Below, piece after piece: positions 40,491 to 64,000 of a stretch of DNA of 64,000 nucleotides. The translations under genes were made by a program, and so were the position numbers. The DNA is from Chrysomallon squamiferum (taxonomy: Eukaryota; Animalia; Mollusca). A model generated the notes under the pieces. It searched no databases and was not told the origin of the DNA. It was given only the letters and a program-made list of their open reading frames with translations. The stretch lies in NCBI GenBank assembly GCA_012295275.1, contig CM022671.1:20274001-20338000 (forward strand), in the 5' to 3' direction. Every line of letters begins with the position of its first letter. The first letter of the stretch is position 1.

Positions 40491-42431
40491 TAATTACAAT
40501 CTTAATTAGTTGTTAAATCAAGATAGAAAAGCATTACATCAACATAATTTATTGTTTTCACTGCTGTTCGTTTCGCATGCATCATCAGAGATACAAACTA
40601 AGAGGTGTCCAGTATTAATTATTCCCGGGGTTTCAGTCTAACAAGGTTTGTCACCAGTCGTGAATAACGTTTTTAGAGTGGGTTTTTTTTATGGTACTGC
40701 TGAACAGGTGCTTTACACGAAAAGATCATGATAACGGTATACTATGTGTGAAATAGACTCTAAATATATACAGAGCACGTGCGCTGGTGTTGTTTGAGTC
40801 ATACTATCCCAGCAAGATATGTGACACCATACCGAAAACAACGAATGCTACAGAGAAGCCTGGCTTCATCCGTTGAAATTGCAAATGACAATAGGTGTGA
40901 TGTTTATTTCCATAAACAAGTATGGTAAATTAAATATCAAACATAATCAATAATTAGACATATATTCAGACAAAATATGTACCAAACTGATACTAGCTCG
41001 TTGGATTATAGTCTTATTACAGTTACCGATCCAGCACACTTTTTTTTTTTTAAATTTAAATTTAATTTTGTTATTATTATTATTTTTTTAATCTTCTCTG
41101 GATCGGAGATTTATTTTTCGTTCTTTAGTTCACTCATTTGTGTATTTATATATTTATTTATTATTCTTTACGTTTTTACTCAATCAGCCCCTTATTTCAT
41201 ACTGAACTTACGTTTTTGCATGTATCTTTGTATATTTATTAAGGAATGTAGCGTTCCTTAGTATTTTTACCTCTGACTGTTGTTGATGAATCTCCTTTGA
41301 ACAGACAGACACACAGTACAGCAACAAACAGATATAGTATGCTGTTATTAATAATTGAATAATTACCAATATTCACTTGAAATACACAAACATATATATT
41401 TAACCTTAATCAACTAATTAGTGTAACTGATCCGTGTTGATATCACGTTCTAGCCAGTGCTGCAAAATAGATATACAAACGGCAATGATATTATTTCTAG
41501 TATAAAACATAAAAGAACCATTGCTTCTTAAACACACATATATGTACACATGCACAGATACACATACACAAACACACACATACATATGTATATTCGCACA
41601 CATAAATACACATACACATACAAACACACAAATATAAACATACACCACATGTCTTAATGGACACACATCTTCATCGTTTGTGACCCGATAATCATTAACA
41701 TTCAATAGCGCTGAGATACTAAAGAAACATCTGTTATGTCAATTTAAATAATAATAATGATGATGATGATTATGATAATTTAGCTAGAATTCTACCGGGA
41801 GGGGAATCTTTACACTGAACACCGTGTATCATTGCTTTGTGTGGTTGTTACCTTCATGCACAGTTTGATTTTTAAACTGGTGCAGTACTAACAGAATTAT
41901 TTTGGCCTATGATATAATAGTAGTATCAAGCATATTTTCTTTTAGCGTGCGATTTCTGTTCAAATGTCATACTGGCAACTAGTACAGCAGAGAGCTCATG
42001 CCAGTGAAAACTGTCATCTTGTAAGCTTTACTGTATCTTAGAAAAAACACTAACAAGGTTTTCAAACCTGTGGCTTTCAACAATTTACTGGAGACGTCGA
42101 GAGAAAGCGTTTTTTTTTTTTGTTTTTTTTTTGTTATTGTTTTTCTTGGTTTTTCTTTCTTGTACAAGAAGGCATTAACCTGTTTTCCGATTTGTCTTCT
42201 GAAATCACCAGTTGACGCCGTGTTTTAAGTGCAACTGCTGACAGAGTTCACAGTCATTTTAAATAACTGGTTTTCTATTCCACAATGTAACAGATTCACT
42301 GATCAATAATTTACATCTGGAAAACTAATATTCATAACAATAAAAGAGTAAATATTTTTCGTAATCTTTACTACTATTATTATTATTTATTTATTTGTTT
42401 GTTTTTTGTTGTTGTTATTGTTGTTTTTGCT

Positions 42432-42518
<87 letters not shown>

Positions 42519-42787
42519 TTGGTTCCCAAACTTGATGGACATTCGATAAATCTGTTACTCTTCAAAGTTGTATATGCAAAGAATTTTAAAGAATACTGTT
42601 GACGAGAACTTTGTTGTTTTGAATCATATGAACATTTTAAACTTAAAGTTTTGATGGAATTGATCATATTGTTAAATTTCAGTTTTTTCTTCTTCTTCTT
42701 TGTTGTTGTTGCTGATGTTTCCAGAGATCCTTTTCCATTAATCTCAGTTGGCACCTTGGTCTTGTTGATCTTCTTCTTCTTCTTCTT

Positions 42788-42859
<72 letters not shown>

Positions 42860-43824
42860 ATTAAGATATGACAATGTTACAGTGAACATACAAATATTTG
42901 ATTTAATCATGTTTTAAAACTGCCATGGTATTGTTAGGACATCGACAGAGTATTTCACTAGCAGAACGGGCAAAATCAAACATGCAGATCTATCCAAATT
43001 AATGTTTTCATATATCTGTTTTCCGTAACTGTGGCAACAATATCAATTAAATTAGAACAGTGATTCTTAATAATATCTATTTTAAAAATATATATTTGTC
43101 AGAAAATCATGCTTTTCTGTTGGAACCACAGGGATAATGAAACAAATGGTTATAGCTATCAATGAAGTTAACGTTAATGTGAATCATTCAGATTTTATCC
43201 TTTTCGTTTAATTTCTGTTTGTTTAAATAAAAGCATTTTACAGTGAATTTTATAATAGTGATTTCGACAGATTTATTTGTTGCTTCATTATAGTCGTAAA
43301 CCATTACACGGTATTTTATACAGTTCTCAGTATCTTTTTTATGTTATTATTTATTTCAACATATCTCTTTACATCGTATTTTAATAGAGAAAATGACATT
43401 GATTATCAGTTGTTTCATATCCAGTTACAAGCAGCTCACGACTATGGTATCATTAATTATTTATTTATTCATTCATTCATTACACCTCTGAGATGTCATC
43501 CGTGCGACATAGGCTGATATTGCCCACTAGTCAGTCGAAAGGGATCGACTTTGCGAATGGTCATTCGAGTTCGTCTCTTTATGAACGACAAACTATATAC
43601 ATTTAACTGGCCATTAAAATGATGCTTCTGTCGTCTTTTACAACTGGACATCAACAAAACATCAATGTATTTAGTCAGATGTTGACAAAGAAAACAAATA
43701 TGCAGAAGAAAGCGTTCAAAAATAAAAGTACAACACAAATTATTTATAACTGTCATTTATTACGTTTTGAAAAAAAAAACAGTCTTCAAATAAAGGAGAA
43801 CGAATAAATTTTGAAATGAAAATT

Positions 43825-43984
43825 ACAATATGAATATTGTAAACAGTGCTAATATATTTATGAAGTGTATAGATATCATGAACAGTATGGAAATTATGAA
43901 TAGTACTGAAATCGTGAACAGTATGGATACCCATGATCAATATGGATATCATGAATAGTATGAATATTATTAACAGTATGAGTA

Positions 43985-43985
<1 letters not shown>
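43825..43985. repeat. 18-bp minisatellite (atcatgaacagtatggat) just 3' of the SHIPPO gene stop
   Basis: tgaaYagtatg-like motif recurs at an approximately 18-bp period. Confidence 0.7.
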
Positions 43986-63277
<19,292 letters not shown>

Positions 63278-63364
63278 GTTTTATTATTATTATTATTATT
63301 ATTTTTTTTTTTAAAAGCTTTTGGTTCGTTTGTTTCGCTCCAAAACAAGACACGAGATTGTTTA

Positions 63365-63413
63365 TGACGTCACGTCATCCTAATAACAACGTTAGTAATT
63401 GTTGCCTAGAAAA
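63365..63413 (-). promoter_or_regulatory. CRE (TGACGTCA) plus RFX X-box-like site upstream of the SHIPPO-repeat gene
   Basis: TGACGTCA at 63365-63372 with an overlapping cacgtca. GTTGCCTAGAAAA at 63401-63413 matches the X-box GTTGCCTAGCAAC at 11 of 13 positions. Both lie 90-135 bp upstream of the proposed ATG. Confidence 0.45.
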
Positions 63414-63655
63414 AGATTTAAAATGTCTAAATATTCACGAATTTAAATAATAAAGAAAGACATCATTAGTATGAAATAATAATTTAATAATAATAATAGT
63501 AATAATAATAGTAATAATAGTAATAATAATAATAAAGGGTGAAAGATTCGAAACTAACTTTATATGGGTTTTACTTCATAAATACGTGCAATAAAATTTT
63601 GGTTTGATTTATAAAAACAAACATTTTTTTTTTTTTTCCCAATCTTCTTTTAACA

Positions 63656-63692
<37 letters not shown>

Positions 63693-63755
63693 CCCTTATT
63701 AATGTCATTTCGTATTATATTTCTTCCCTTTAATCAGTTTTTAACCCAACACTTG

Positions 63756-63845
63756 AGACGTAACTCAGTACAATAGGATCACTGAATCCGTGACATTATA
63801 TTTAATAGTCCACCCATTCAGCTATTTATCCGTTCCAGTCTATAT
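63756..63845 (+). mobile_element. SINE head fragment (same family, forward orientation)
   Basis: gagacgtaactcagt is nearly the reverse complement of actgagctacgtctc at about 48258. It is followed by cccattcagctatttatccgttccag. Confidence 0.4.
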
Positions 63846-64000
63846 CAGAAGACAAGCATGTATAGGCCCAGTCGAAAAATGTAATTAACGATATAGGTTT
63901 TCCTCTGTTGTTAATCTCTATACGGTACACTACGAAGATAATGAACTAATAGAGACGGTGAGGTGTCCGTTGGTGCTTAAATAGCAAGTGAAAGTATTTA

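Noticed and set aside
42383-42910. 175-aa minus-strand ORF with poly-N, poly-K, poly-I and poly-T runs
   Set aside because: Length comes largely from trinucleotide microsatellites. The non-repetitive core has no recognisable motif or clear splice sites.

Overview
AT-rich, microsatellite-dense animal genomic DNA, probably a mollusc such as a gastropod (inferred from gene content and a SINE-like repeat). It is not prokaryotic, and most ORF-track entries are microsatellite artefacts. I reconstructed three spliced genes by hand from GT/AG boundaries and phase continuity. (1) MOV10L1/Armitage-like piRNA-pathway SF1 RNA helicase: minus strand, 18 coding exons, 25562->14163, about 1265 aa. (2) ARIH2 (Ariadne-2 RBR E3 ligase): plus strand, 14 coding exons, 28622->36287, 487 aa, head-to-head with MOV10L1. 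(3) An ODF3/SHIPPO (PGP-repeat) sperm-tail/ciliary protein gene: minus strand, 14 exons, 63277->43985. The window also holds several MITEs with intact TSDs, SINE and RTE-LINE remnants, minisatellites and a 1.6-kb foldback. The most notable oddities are a 1-nt frameshift in MOV10L1 coding exon 1 (with a similar one in the SHIPPO gene, so possibly assembly indels), an apparently missing middle domain and a 14-aa repeat tail in MOV10L1, an obligatory GC-AG intron, a templated mosaic insertion, the all-phase-1 one-repeat-per-exon SHIPPO architecture, and a sharp CpG-depletion domain over MOV10L1/ARIH2. I found no convincing evidence of a wholly new biological system; the findings are candidates for checking.
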